In this document: in pieces, positions 20,643 through 30,133 of the stretch
Layout: the number at the start of each line of letters is the position of its first letter
Numbering within the stretch: the first letter of the stretch is position 1
Sequence record: LR745206.1
Reading direction: 5' to 3' (one strand)
DNA: 64,000 bases
Notes under the pieces: model-generated
What the model saw: the letters and a program-made list of their open reading frames with translations, nothing else
Database searches by the model: none
Told to the model about the DNA's origin: nothing
Translations under genes and position numbers: made by a program

Positions 20643-21934
20643 TGGATATCGAACAACTTGGTAGAAAAGCCATAGACCTAATTAGGTCTGAGTGGGGATT
20701 ACCTAAAAGAGGTTTTGTAGCCGGAGGATCAATTGCTAATATAATTTGGGAATTGGTTTCCGGAAACAAAGCTGTTGTTAATGATATTGATATTTTTGTC
20801 TTTGATAAAAAGATTGATGTGATCGATGAGAATGATAAATCAACGCTATTCAAATATAAAGAACATGGTATAAAATACTATGAAGATTATAGTGGTATCT
20901 CTTTCACTTCTTATACAAAAGACTTTTATACAATTTGTGAATCTTTAAGAGAAGGTATATTTAATACCATTTCATATCAATCAAATACTAGTGATCCACT
21001 ACTTGTAATTGGATCTTTCGATATCAATGCTACTAGAATAGGATATTCTATCGAAGAAGATAAATTTTATTGGACAAAAGACTTTGAATATTTCCTAGAG
21101 ACTGGTAAACTAGAGGTTTCCAATCTAAGAACACCATCACACACCGCTGTTAGATTATCAAAAAAATCTAAAGAATTAAATGTTAATCTAACTAATTTTG
21201 AATTTAATTTAATACAATATGCACTTTATTATAAATTTAGTGATATGATTAAATTAAGATTTAAAGAACGATATTTTAATATGTATGTTGATAATAAAGA
21301 AACACTTGATAAATATTTCATATTATGTCGTGATGAGGAAATGGAGAAATATATTTTTGATAAATTTGGTGAGAAAACCGAATTGAGATACTTTAAGAGT
21401 ATAGAATCGGAGGGTAAGGATGATATTGAATCTATGATGGATAGAAGACCAAATATTTTCTCAGAGGATACAAACTTAAATCTGGTGTTCTTATCGGATA
21501 TATTTCTATTTTATATGAGAAATATTTATGGTGATATTGATAAAGTAAAACTTTGGAGTAAACTGAGTTATTTTTTCGGTGACCCAAACTATTTTGATAA
21601 GGAAGTTAAACCAGAAGATATTGATCTATTGGAACGTCTTTGTAAATATGCTCCTAGTTCAATAGAAAACCTCAAAGGTCTTAAATTATCCGAACAGGTA
21701 AAGATTACTAAAATGCTTTTGGATAAGTTTAAGGATGATCCAATAATAGCAATTTCAATCCTAGAGAAGATTAAGGTAGATAAAGATATTGAATTGGATG
21801 AACAAACATTATTAATATTGGAGTTATCAGTTCGTAAAGAGAATTTTAATGACACTAGAGGTAAAGTTAGTAAAATAGTAGAATATATGAATGTGGAAGA
21901 AGACATCACCAACAACCAACAATGGGATTTATAA
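20642..21934 (+). CDS. Nucleotidyltransferase (CCA-adding/poly(A) polymerase-like)
   Basis: AGGS...NDIDIF Pol-beta motif and SFDINA segment. Confidence 0.6.
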   Translation: MDIEQLGRKAIDLIRSEWGLPKRGFVAGGSIANIIWELVSGNKAVVNDIDIFVFDKKIDVIDENDKSTLFKYKEHGIKYYEDYSGISFTSYTKDFYTICESLREGIFNTISYQSNTSDPLLVIGSFDINATRIGYSIEEDKFYWTKDFEYFLETGKLEVSNLRTPSHTAVRLSKKSKELNVNLTNFEFNLIQYALYYKFSDMIKLRFKERYFNMYVDNKETLDKYFILCRDEEMEKYIFDKFGEKTELRYFKSIESEGKDDIESMMDRRPNIFSEDTNLNLVFLSDIFLFYMRNIYGDIDKVKLWSKLSYFFGDPNYFDKEVKPEDIDLLERLCKYAPSSIENLKGLKLSEQVKITKMLLDKFKDDPIIAISILEKIKVDKDIELDEQTLLILELSVRKENFNDTRGKVSKIVEYMNVEEDITNNQQWDL

Positions 21935-21979
21935 ACTTTTAAATATAAAGTTTATATAAATAAATAAATATTTAATATT

Positions 21980-22300
21980 ATGATAGTTTTTATAACAGAA
22001 TTAAATGATAATAACTTCAAGGATTTTATACAAAATGATTTAGTATTAATTGATGTGTGGGCTGATTGGTGTGCACCTTGTAAAGCTATTTCACCTATCA
22101 TTGATGAGTTATCAGTTGAATTTCATGGTACATTATCAGTAGGTAAACTTGATGCTGACTCTAACAGAGATATAGTATCTGAGTTAAGTGTTAGAAATAT
22201 TCCAGCTATATTTCTTTATAAGAATGGTGAAGTAGTTGATAAATCGGTTGGTAGTACTACTAAAGAAGAGTTAATTGATATGATTAATACACATAAATAA
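21980..22300 (+). CDS. trxA: Thioredoxin
   Basis: WADWCAPC active site and cis-Pro IPAI. Confidence 0.92.
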   Translation: MIVFITELNDNNFKDFIQNDLVLIDVWADWCAPCKAISPIIDELSVEFHGTLSVGKLDADSNRDIVSELSVRNIPAIFLYKNGEVVDKSVGSTTKEELIDMINTHK

Positions 22301-22968
22301 TGAAAACTATTACACATTTATACGAACTTCTTGAAAAATCAGATATATCTATGATAGGATATACGTATAAGAATGAAATATTAAAAGATCAAATTATTTC
22401 TAAAATACCACATATGTCTGTTGGTGAAGTTGATATAGATTCATTTAATATAAAACAATATCTACGTGATATTAAAATCAACCAAATATTAGAAAATCGT
22501 GAACCTTATAAATGGTTGGTTTTGGATATTGGTCAAATGAAATTTTCATCAAAGGATAATATGGAATTTTCTAAATCTCTTAGTTTTTTAATCGGAACTA
22601 TAAGATCTGAATTGTATAGAGCATGGAGTGAGCATCAAAGAACAAGCATTGGTCTTGATTTTGATGATCCAGAAAGTCATAAACAAGAAGAGGAGAAATT
22701 TAAAACTCCATTTAAATTGTTAATAACAACTCCAATATATAAGAGCTCACCCGAATTTGAAATTAGTAATTTCACAGGCGGGAGTTCCACTATATACACT
22801 TCTGATTTAGTATTTGTGATACAAGATAGTAGTATATCTGATAAATTTCTTGGAAAAAAACCAAGAATTAAAGTTGTAAAAAATAGATTTGATATTGATA
22901 ATATTGATATATCATTTGATGAATTGGAAAATTATAATTATATTTGTGATTATGAGTATAGTAAATAA
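22300..22968 (+). CDS. Hypothetical protein, degenerate DnaB/RecA-like C-terminus
   Basis: SDLVFVI and IKVVKNRF motifs; no Walker A seen. Confidence 0.45.
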   Translation: MKTITHLYELLEKSDISMIGYTYKNEILKDQIISKIPHMSVGEVDIDSFNIKQYLRDIKINQILENREPYKWLVLDIGQMKFSSKDNMEFSKSLSFLIGTIRSELYRAWSEHQRTSIGLDFDDPESHKQEEEKFKTPFKLLITTPIYKSSPEFEISNFTGGSSTIYTSDLVFVIQDSSISDKFLGKKPRIKVVKNRFDIDNIDISFDELENYNYICDYEYSK

Positions 22969-23386
22969 CAGAAAAGCATATTATGAATACCACGTATTAG
23001 TAGAATACGAGGCTGGGATAATGCTTGTTGGTAGTGAAGTTAAATCCATTAGAATGGGTAATGTTACCCTAAGTGATTCGTTTATCTATTTAAAGAATGG
23101 TGAAGTTTGGGTTAAGAATCTAAAAGTAGCTAGATATAGTCAATCACATGTATCTGAACCTCATGATGAAAATCGTGATAAGAAATTGTTATTAACAAAG
23201 AAAGAGATTTCTAAGATAAGTAGAAGTTTGGAAGACCAAGGTATAACTTGTATTCCACTTTCGATATTCAGTAAAAGAAATAAGCTTAAGATAAAGATTG
23301 GTGTTGTTAAGGGTAAAAAGCTTTATGATAAAAGGGCGACTATAAAGGAAAGGGATTTGAAAAGAGACCTTCAACGAAGTCTATAA
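22952..23386 (+). CDS. smpB: SsrA-binding protein
   Basis: NRKAYYEY, EAGIMLVGSEVKS, RDKKLLL, GKKLYDKR; start moved to ATG 22952. Confidence 0.95.
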   Translation: MSIVNNRKAYYEYHVLVEYEAGIMLVGSEVKSIRMGNVTLSDSFIYLKNGEVWVKNLKVARYSQSHVSEPHDENRDKKLLLTKKEISKISRSLEDQGITCIPLSIFSKRNKLKIKIGVVKGKKLYDKRATIKERDLKRDLQRSL

Positions 23387-23402
23387 AAAATTAAGTTTAT
23401 TT

Positions 23403-23774
23403 ATGTCAATAAAGGAAGAGTTTAATTTTCTATTTGAAAAATTAGAAAAATCAAAAAATGAGGAAGAAGTTTATCAGAACTTAAAAAAAATACTCAAGGA
23501 GTCGAACTCTAAATTTTATAAAAACAAAATTTTAGAAAATCCTTATTTTAGATCTTTGATAGTTGATGTAAAGGAAGATGTATTAAATGAGATATCTCTT
23601 ATACGTGAAGCTTTAAATGAAGAAGTTAAATCAATAGATTCTGAAATATTCAAATTATTATCTAAGGATAATAAAAATCCGGACATAGATAAGTTAAAAG
23701 AATTAAAAAGAGATTGTATTTCGTTGGTGTATGAGGTTGATGAGCGTAGAAAGGATATAGTTAATTCAATATAG
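23403..23774 (+). CDS. Hypothetical protein
   Basis: 123 aa helical ORF ending in TAG. Confidence 0.65.
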   Translation: MSIKEEFNFLFEKLEKSKNEEEVYQNLKKILKESNSKFYKNKILENPYFRSLIVDVKEDVLNEISLIREALNEEVKSIDSEIFKLLSKDNKNPDIDKLKELKRDCISLVYEVDERRKDIVNSI

Positions 23775-25428
23775 ACTTAACATATTTTTCGATCTTTTTT
23801 AATTTAATAATATCATTTTTCAAGTCAAGTGATGATCTTCTACTTAAATAAGATTCAACATCTCTTTTTACTAATCTATAAGAAAATTCAGATAGTAAGT
23901 TTCTAAGGTTGGAAGAACTTGGTGTTAGAAGGTTATCATGAAATACATTATGTATTGATGCTATTTTATGATAGGTGAAATTGATATCTTCTATTGTGTT
24001 TATATTTTGTTTACTGATGTAATCCTTTATATAAGTTCCTATACTAAACATCAATTCAAAATATTCTAAAATATCTTCATGATCTGATCCAATATATGAC
24101 CTTACTATACTTAAATTTGATATCATATTATTTTTGATATCATTATATTCTTTTGTATTACTTTGATAAAAATCAACTAGTTTATTGAAATAATATTCTT
24201 TATCATCACTACCAGTCTTCATTATATTATTTATATTTTCACCAAACCTGAAAATGCCAATAACTCTGGGTCTATCTCCGTATAGAGAAAAGGCTGAATA
24301 ATCTCCACATAAAATAGTTGATATGAATTTTTGTAGATTTCTTAAATCCATAGTATCTTTAGATATACCCATTTTATTAATCAATTTTCTCAAATATCTA
24401 TCTATGTTTTGCTTTTTAATATCAGCATCGGTCATTAATTTTGTTGCTCCTTCTTTATCTTCTGATCTTTGTTTAGATATTTGTGAAGGTTTTTCATAAA
24501 AGGATGCTTTATCTGGATCCAACATATTATCTAAATAAAATACAATACAGAAATCTGAGTTTTCAATAGGTTCCCAATCATAACTACCACCTAGTGAATG
24601 ATTATCATCACCCCAATTTACTAACTCACCTCTTGATGTCATTGGTAAATTAAAATCAAATGGTGATGGATCATCACTATTGTTTATATCAAAGCCTTCG
24701 ATAGAAAGTGGATTATTATCCGGTGTGTATTTATATAAACATCGATGATCACTATTTGGTGAATATCTATCACCTATTGACCAAGAATATCTACCCCAAT
24801 CTCTCCAGTTTGTTTCATCTATTGATATATGATCATATTGTGGATCGGTACCAGATGATACACCTTGTATAGCATACATTAGATCACCATCTAAAAATAT
24901 TTTAGCTTTATCTAGAGTTCTTCTACTTCTAGATTCATTAAAGAATCCAATTACTTGGTCACCGTGTCGTATATTCCTATAATCATCATATTTTAATCTC
25001 TTCAATTTTCCAGTTTTTACATTTAATGTGTTTTTTATATAATCAATATCATCAATGGTGAAATGTTCGGTATCTCTATTTCTATTTCCTCTATTATTCT
25101 TATATTTGTTGAATTCCATTCTTTTATCACCAACACCAGTATATCCTATATATCCTTTATCTAAAGAAAACCAAAATTTAACACAAAAAACTCCCCAAGT
25201 ATTAAATATTTCTTTTCTATTATCTATTTTTAATGCTTTTTTGGTGCTGATATATTCTACAACATCCTCTGATATTTTATCAATGGGAAAATCATAAATT
25301 GATTTTAATTTCTTTAATGAATTAACGAATTTTTTAGAATCATTTTTACTAATTTTATTAGTTAAGTATTTAACAATTTTAGAAATTGTAGATGATTCAA
25401 ATGCTTCGTATAGTGAAATATATCTCAT
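23761..25428 (-). CDS. Hypothetical protein with MRYISLYEAFES N-terminal motif
   Basis: 555 aa ORF; TTAATATATA upstream. Confidence 0.75.
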   Translation of the reverse strand: MRYISLYEAFESSTISKIVKYLTNKISKNDSKKFVNSLKKLKSIYDFPIDKISEDVVEYISTKKALKIDNRKEIFNTWGVFCVKFWFSLDKGYIGYTGVGDKRMEFNKYKNNRGNRNRDTEHFTIDDIDYIKNTLNVKTGKLKRLKYDDYRNIRHGDQVIGFFNESRSRRTLDKAKIFLDGDLMYAIQGVSSGTDPQYDHISIDETNWRDWGRYSWSIGDRYSPNSDHRCLYKYTPDNNPLSIEGFDINNSDDPSPFDFNLPMTSRGELVNWGDDNHSLGGSYDWEPIENSDFCIVFYLDNMLDPDKASFYEKPSQISKQRSEDKEGATKLMTDADIKKQNIDRYLRKLINKMGISKDTMDLRNLQKFISTILCGDYSAFSLYGDRPRVIGIFRFGENINNIMKTGSDDKEYYFNKLVDFYQSNTKEYNDIKNNMISNLSIVRSYIGSDHEDILEYFELMFSIGTYIKDYISKQNINTIEDINFTYHKIASIHNVFHDNLLTPSSSNLRNLLSEFSYRLVKRDVESYLSRRSSLDLKNDIIKLKKIEKYVKSILN

Positions 25429-25489
25429 ATAATTTATATATTAAATTTTATTTTGTAAATCGAAACTTTATTACTATTTTTGTCTAAGA

Positions 25490-25920
25490 ATTAAGAGTCA
25501 TTAAAATAATATGTCGTGAGACAAGCAATAGCTTTCCTACCAGAGACCGATTAAAAGGATTTGGATAAAATAAAATGTGGATGAGTTTTAGTGAAATTAT
25601 GGTGGTAAGTAGCTGTTAAATAAGTTAACATCTTTAATAAACCCAGTGAACCACCTTGTATAACTATATAAGAATATGTAAAGATGTAGGTGCTTAAATT
25701 GTGTTGGTGATAAAGTACTTCAAATTACTAGAAAAGATAAATCCAACTCTATGGAGATTTTAACGAGCAGAATGGTAACACTGCTTAACCAAGGCAGTAA
25801 CGTACATAAGTCCATTAAAAGGTAATCCTAAGTGATGAGGTCACTAAAAGTCAAGGAATAAGGTTCTAGGGTTCCGACCATACTTGACAGAAGTTCCCAA
25901 ATCTTCATATTTGAAGTAAA
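25490..25920 (+). ncRNA. Candidate large structured ncRNA
   Basis: No ORF of 60 aa or more, TAnnTTTG promoter at 25475, many local hairpins (GTC-GTGA-GAC, AAGC-AATA-GCTT, ACTGC/GCAGT, AGTGA/TCACT, GTCAAG/CTTGAC). Confidence 0.5.
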
Positions 25921-25936
25921 TTATGAAAAGTATAAA

Positions 25937-26095
25937 ATGATGGAAATTGAGTGGAGTGAAGAGAGATTAAAATCTCTGTATATTGGGTATTGTAATATGT
26001 GTTCTGTATTAACAATAAAACCAATATTGATTGATGATTTTAATGAGAGTGAGTATAAAAGAGTGAAAGAAACCTATCTCGCATTTAGGAGATAA
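25937..26095 (+). CDS. Small hypothetical protein (52 aa, below the ORF-track cutoff)
   Basis: MMEIEWSEERLKSLYIGYC...LAFRR, translated by hand. Confidence 0.5.
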   Translation: MMEIEWSEERLKSLYIGYCNMCSVLTIKPILIDDFNESEYKRVKETYLAFRR

Positions 26096-26110
26096 AAATT
26101 TAAAATAAAG

Positions 26111-26512
26111 ATGAAATTAAGAGAAAAAATTAGCAAAGACTACATGACAGCTTTCAAAGCAAGAAATACTGTGGCAAAGAACATACTTTCTGTTGTTAAA
26201 AGTGATATACAAACAATTGAGAAAAACAAATGTAAAGAACTATCTGATGAAGAAGTTATGGCTATTCTATTAAAAACAGCTAAGTCTTTAAAGGAGACTA
26301 TTAAATTTGGAGGTGAACAAGCTAAAATTGAATTAGAGATAGTTGAGTCTTACTTACCAAAACAAATGTCAAGAGAAGAGGTTACCGAGAAGATATCTAG
26401 TCTTGTTGATTCAGGAGTTACAAAAATTGGTGACATTATGAAAGAATTTGCTGGATTCAATGATAAAAAAATGGTTTCCGAAATAATTAGAGAGGTGATA
26501 ACTAATATATAA
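26111..26512 (+). CDS. GatB/YqeY domain protein
   Basis: KDYMTAFKAR, LSDEEV, ELEIVESYLPKQMS. Confidence 0.9.
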   Translation: MKLREKISKDYMTAFKARNTVAKNILSVVKSDIQTIEKNKCKELSDEEVMAILLKTAKSLKETIKFGGEQAKIELEIVESYLPKQMSREEVTEKISSLVDSGVTKIGDIMKEFAGFNDKKMVSEIIREVITNI

Positions 26513-26523
26513 TATATAATATT

Positions 26524-26586
26524 ATGAAGAATATAAGATTAAATGATGATAGATTTTTATTAACTAACTGCAAAGCAGATTGGTAA
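26524..26586 (+). CDS. Putative attenuator leader peptide (Asn/Asp) MKNIRLNDDRFLLTNCKADW
   Basis: 3 Asn + 3 Asp in 20 aa directly upstream of a terminator and AspRS. Confidence 0.7.
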   Translation: MKNIRLNDDRFLLTNCKADW

Positions 26587-26611
26587 TAGAAAGTTATTAT
26601 CTAAATCTTGA

Positions 26612-26642
26612 AACCCAGTTAGTAACTAACTGGGTTTTTTTT
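26612..26642 (+). terminator. Attenuator terminator before AspRS
   Basis: AACCCAGTTAG-TAA-CTAACTGGGTT followed by T-tract. Confidence 0.85.
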
Positions 26643-26669
26643 ATGCAAAAAATTAAAAAAATAGAAATT

Positions 26670-27944
26670 ATGAAACGAACAAATGTAAATGAATTAGGAA
26701 ACTTTATTAATGAGAGAGTATTGGTAAAGGGTTGGGTGTCTCAATTTAGAGAGCTCAAAAAAATGTCTTTCCTAATATTAAGAGAAAGAACAGGGTATTG
26801 TCAAATAATAATACCAAAAGAAATATCACAATCTATTTCACCAGAATCGGTTGTTGAAATTATAGGTATTGTGAAAAAAGAAGAGCAATCTAGATATGGT
26901 GGATATGAAATAGTAGCTGAGTCCATTAATGTTGTATCAAATGCTCAACTATTACCATTTCCTATCAATAGGGAAGAAGGTATACCACAATTTAATGTTT
27001 TGAATAATTATAGACCTTTGACTTTGAGAAAAGAAAAAGAAAGATGTATATTTAAAATACAATCTGAGATTATATGGGCATATCGTGAGTATTTAAGATC
27101 ACAAGGATTTACAGAGATACAGTCAACAAAATTATCATCTGCTGGATTAGAAGGTGGATCTGAAATGTTTGAAATAGAGTATTTTGGTGAGAAAATGTAT
27201 TTAACACAAAGTCCACAATTCTACAAACAAATGATGGTTGGTGTTTATGAGAGAGTATTTGAAGTTGGTAAAGTCTATCGAGCAGAGGGATCAAATAGCA
27301 ATAGACATTTAACAGAGTTTGTTGGATTTGAATTTGAAATGGGATTCATAGAATCTGTTGAGGAGGTTATGCAAATGGAAGAGAATGTATTTGAGTATAT
27401 TTTCAACCATCTAAAATCTTTTTGTGTAAAAGAATTAGAATATTTTGGTATTAATTTAGAATTCAATCCAATACCAAGAATAACGTATCAAGAATCATTA
27501 GAGATTATTAAAAATTCTGGATTAAACTATGAGAAGATAGGGTTAAATGCTGAAGCAGAAAAAATAATTGGTGAGTATGTCTTAGAACATATGAAATCTG
27601 AATTCGTTTTTATAACAAAATATCCTTTATCAGAAAGACCATTCTATGCAATGCCATCTATTGAAGAGGGATGTTCTGAAACATTTGAACTATTATATAA
27701 AGGTATTGAGGTAACATCTGGTGGTCAAAGAATACACAATTATGAAGAATTGGTTAAATCAATTGAATCAAAGGGTTTGAATCCTGAGAATTTTGAAAGT
27801 TATTTGATGGCTTTTAAATATGGTATGCCAACACATGGAGGTATGGGTATAGGTTTAGAAAGAATACTAAAACAGATGCTTAATTTGAATTCTGTTGAAG
27901 AAGCATCACTAATTCCACGAACAAAAGAAAAAAATATACATTAA
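26670..27944 (+). CDS. aspS: Aspartyl-tRNA synthetase, archaeal/eukaryote-like type (possibly non-discriminating)
   Basis: OB-fold N-terminus, LTQSPQFYKQ, YRAEGS..RHLTEF, EVTSGGQRIH, GMPTHGGMGIGLER; start ATG 26670. Confidence 0.88.
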   Translation: MKRTNVNELGNFINERVLVKGWVSQFRELKKMSFLILRERTGYCQIIIPKEISQSISPESVVEIIGIVKKEEQSRYGGYEIVAESINVVSNAQLLPFPINREEGIPQFNVLNNYRPLTLRKEKERCIFKIQSEIIWAYREYLRSQGFTEIQSTKLSSAGLEGGSEMFEIEYFGEKMYLTQSPQFYKQMMVGVYERVFEVGKVYRAEGSNSNRHLTEFVGFEFEMGFIESVEEVMQMEENVFEYIFNHLKSFCVKELEYFGINLEFNPIPRITYQESLEIIKNSGLNYEKIGLNAEAEKIIGEYVLEHMKSEFVFITKYPLSERPFYAMPSIEEGCSETFELLYKGIEVTSGGQRIHNYEELVKSIESKGLNPENFESYLMAFKYGMPTHGGMGIGLERILKQMLNLNSVEEASLIPRTKEKNIH

Positions 27945-28006
27945 TATTTGGGGGAACAAAACTTTTTATATATATTTGTATAAGATAAATAATAATAAGA
28001 AAAACA

Positions 28007-28054
28007 ATGATGTAGATTAATACATATTATAATTTTGTAGTGGTTCCTCCTTAA
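28007..28054 (+). CDS. Putative leader ORF MM*INTYYNFVVVPP with in-frame TAG
   Basis: ATG ATG TAG ATT AAT ... CCT CCT TAA after the TAnnTTTG promoter; 3' end lies in a 9-bp stem. Confidence 0.5.
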
Positions 28055-28120
28055 TGAGAGAATACTGATAAACCGACTAGCCAAAGATGCACTCGGTCAG
28101 TATTTAACTTGTAAGGAGGA
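28045..28120 (+). promoter_or_regulatory. Nested stem-loop leader RNA
   Basis: TCCTCCTTA/TAAGGAGGA, AATACTG/CAGTATT and ACCGA/TCGGT nested helices. Confidence 0.65.
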
Positions 28121-28154
28121 TTTATATTTTAAACAAAAAATTAACACAAAAATT

Positions 28155-28514
28155 ATGAACAATTAGATTAATGAAACAAAATTAATAGTTATCACAAGAA
28201 GTGATATCTCACCTGGATACCAAGCTGTCCAATCAACACACTCTATCGCAGATTTTGCATTTGAATTTCCCGATACTTTTACTAAGTGGAAAATGGAATC
28301 AAACTCTATTATCTGCCTTTCCGTAAAAAACGAATTTGAATTAGAAAGACTCTATGAAAAGTTCAAAGATATAACACCTTCTGTTATTTTCTATGAACCT
28401 GATGTGGATGAAAGGACATCTCTTTGCCTTTATGGAACTCCTGATATTAGAAAAAAGTTAAGAAGTCTTCCACTTCTATTAAAAAATAAAATCAACGAAA
28501 ATGAAACTGTTTAA
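28155..28514 (+). CDS. Pth2-like peptidyl-tRNA hydrolase family protein with in-frame TAG at codon 4
   Basis: MNN*INETKLIVITRSDISPGYQAVQSTHS...W...IICLSVKNE in one frame with track ORF 28293..28514; the Pth2-type N-terminal motif lies upstream of the track start. Confidence 0.7.
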
Positions 28515-29160
28515 GAAAAAAGAGGAAGATCCTCAAATAAAACCAATACAATTCTCTATTAATAATAGAGATTACATAGCTGAATATGATACGACCTTTA
28601 AGGTACAATCAGTAGCAGAAGATGTAAATGTTTATGGGTGGGTGTTGGAAACTAGATATAAATTTGATGGAAAATGGACACATTGGATATCATATTATAA
28701 TAATCGAATTTATCATAGTAGAGAATCAGCAGTTGATGCTTCTATGAAAATAAGATCTATGTATCGAGATAGTGGTGATGCTTGGAGAATATCACCAATA
28801 TACAAAATGAATGAACCACAATATAGAGATTATAAGATCAATAAAATTTTGGGTGATGATAAAAAACCAAACACATTTGAGATAAAAGGTTGGAGATTGA
28901 ATGAAAGATTTAAATACCATTCTACAAAAGATAAAGATTTTTATTATGAAAAGGGTACCGTATTTATTCAATTGGAAAATGGTAGTGTTATAATAAGTGG
29001 TACATCTATGGAAAGTCATAAATATATTCATTATAGAAAAAGATTTTTTGATGAGATATTACCAAATGCTGAAATCGAAGAAATAGAAATAACAGATGAA
29101 AAGTGGTTACACCCACATCTATTAAAAGAATTAAAAGTTAAACTAAAAATAAAAAACTAA
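28501..29160 (+). CDS. Hypothetical protein
   Basis: 219 aa ORF. Confidence 0.75.
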   Translation: MKLFKKKEEDPQIKPIQFSINNRDYIAEYDTTFKVQSVAEDVNVYGWVLETRYKFDGKWTHWISYYNNRIYHSRESAVDASMKIRSMYRDSGDAWRISPIYKMNEPQYRDYKINKILGDDKKPNTFEIKGWRLNERFKYHSTKDKDFYYEKGTVFIQLENGSVIISGTSMESHKYIHYRKRFFDEILPNAEIEEIEITDEKWLHPHLLKELKVKLKIKN

Positions 29161-29163
29161 ATT

Positions 29164-29754
29164 ATGAATACTTAGATTACATTTAAACAACTAATTAAAG
29201 ATATGATGAATTGTCAACAGACTAAAGATCAATCTGTTTTACAACATGGTATCTCTGTTAAAAATTACACATTTGATTTAATCAATCATTTAAAGTGTGA
29301 AACTCCATTGAAGTATGAATGGAAATTACCTGATTGGTTATATGAAAATAAAGAACTAATTATTTCAAATCTACCATCAGATAGAACTTTGAAGTATTAC
29401 ACAATCTTACATGATTGTGGGAAGCCTTATTGTCTAGAAATTGATAGTGATGGTAAAAGACATTTCCCAAATCATTCTGATGTATCTTGTGAAATATTTT
29501 GTGAAATATTTGATGATGAGATAGCTTCAAATTTAATTAAACATGATATGGATATCCATTTGTTAAAATCAGATGGTGTAGAGGAATTTTGCCAAAATCC
29601 ATATTCATTAACATTATTATTAGTAGGATTATCTGAAATACATTCCAATTCAAAAATGTTCGGTGGTCTTGATTCAACCTCTTTCAAGATCAAGTGGAAA
29701 TCAATAAATCAAAGAGGTAAACAAATTATTAAATTATTAACTAAAAAAAAATAA
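29164..29754 (+). CDS. HD-domain phosphohydrolase with in-frame TAG at codon 4
   Basis: MNT*ITFKQLIKDMMNCQQ..LQHG..ILHDCGKP; in frame with track ORF 29203..29754. Confidence 0.75.
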
Positions 29755-29759
29755 AAATT

Positions 29760-30128
29760 ATGAAAACAACAGAAGAAAACAAAGCAGAAGTATTAAATTA
29801 CTTAAACAAATCATCTAAACATTTATTTACAATAAATGATGTAGAACACAAAGTATTGGTAGAAGGAGACTTCTATATTAATATAAGTGGTAGTGATGTA
29901 ACAGTCAGAAATATAAATGATAAGATTACTTATTATGGATCAAATGCTAAATGTGTTATTAAACATGAATTATTTTTGAATCCTAGATATTATGCTAAGG
30001 AGTTAAAAACAATAAAAAATTATAAATTAGCTAGACAGAAATATTCTGAAATTTCAGAAGCTATCAAAGGTAAAACCGATAAAAATGAAATTCAAAAAAT
30101 AATCCTTGGTATTATCAATAAAAAATAA
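29760..30128 (+). CDS. Hypothetical protein
   Basis: 122 aa ORF. Confidence 0.7.
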   Translation: MKTTEENKAEVLNYLNKSSKHLFTINDVEHKVLVEGDFYINISGSDVTVRNINDKITYYGSNAKCVIKHELFLNPRYYAKELKTIKNYKLARQKYSEISEAIKGKTDKNEIQKIILGIINKK

Positions 30129-30133
30129 TATAT

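Noticed and set aside
25490-25920. tmRNA or RNase P RNA as the identity of the large ncRNA candidate
   Set aside because: No GGGG...TTCGA...CCA tRNA-like domain and no GAGGAAAGTCC / AGAACCCGGCTTA elements
26580-26669. N-terminal extension of AspRS given in the ORF track
   Set aside because: It starts at a TTG inside the leader peptide and runs through the terminator; ATG 26670 has the A-rich context typical here
28113-28120. AAGGAGGA as the ribosome-binding site of the Pth2-like gene
   Set aside because: 35 nt from the ATG, too far; treated as a structural pairing strand instead
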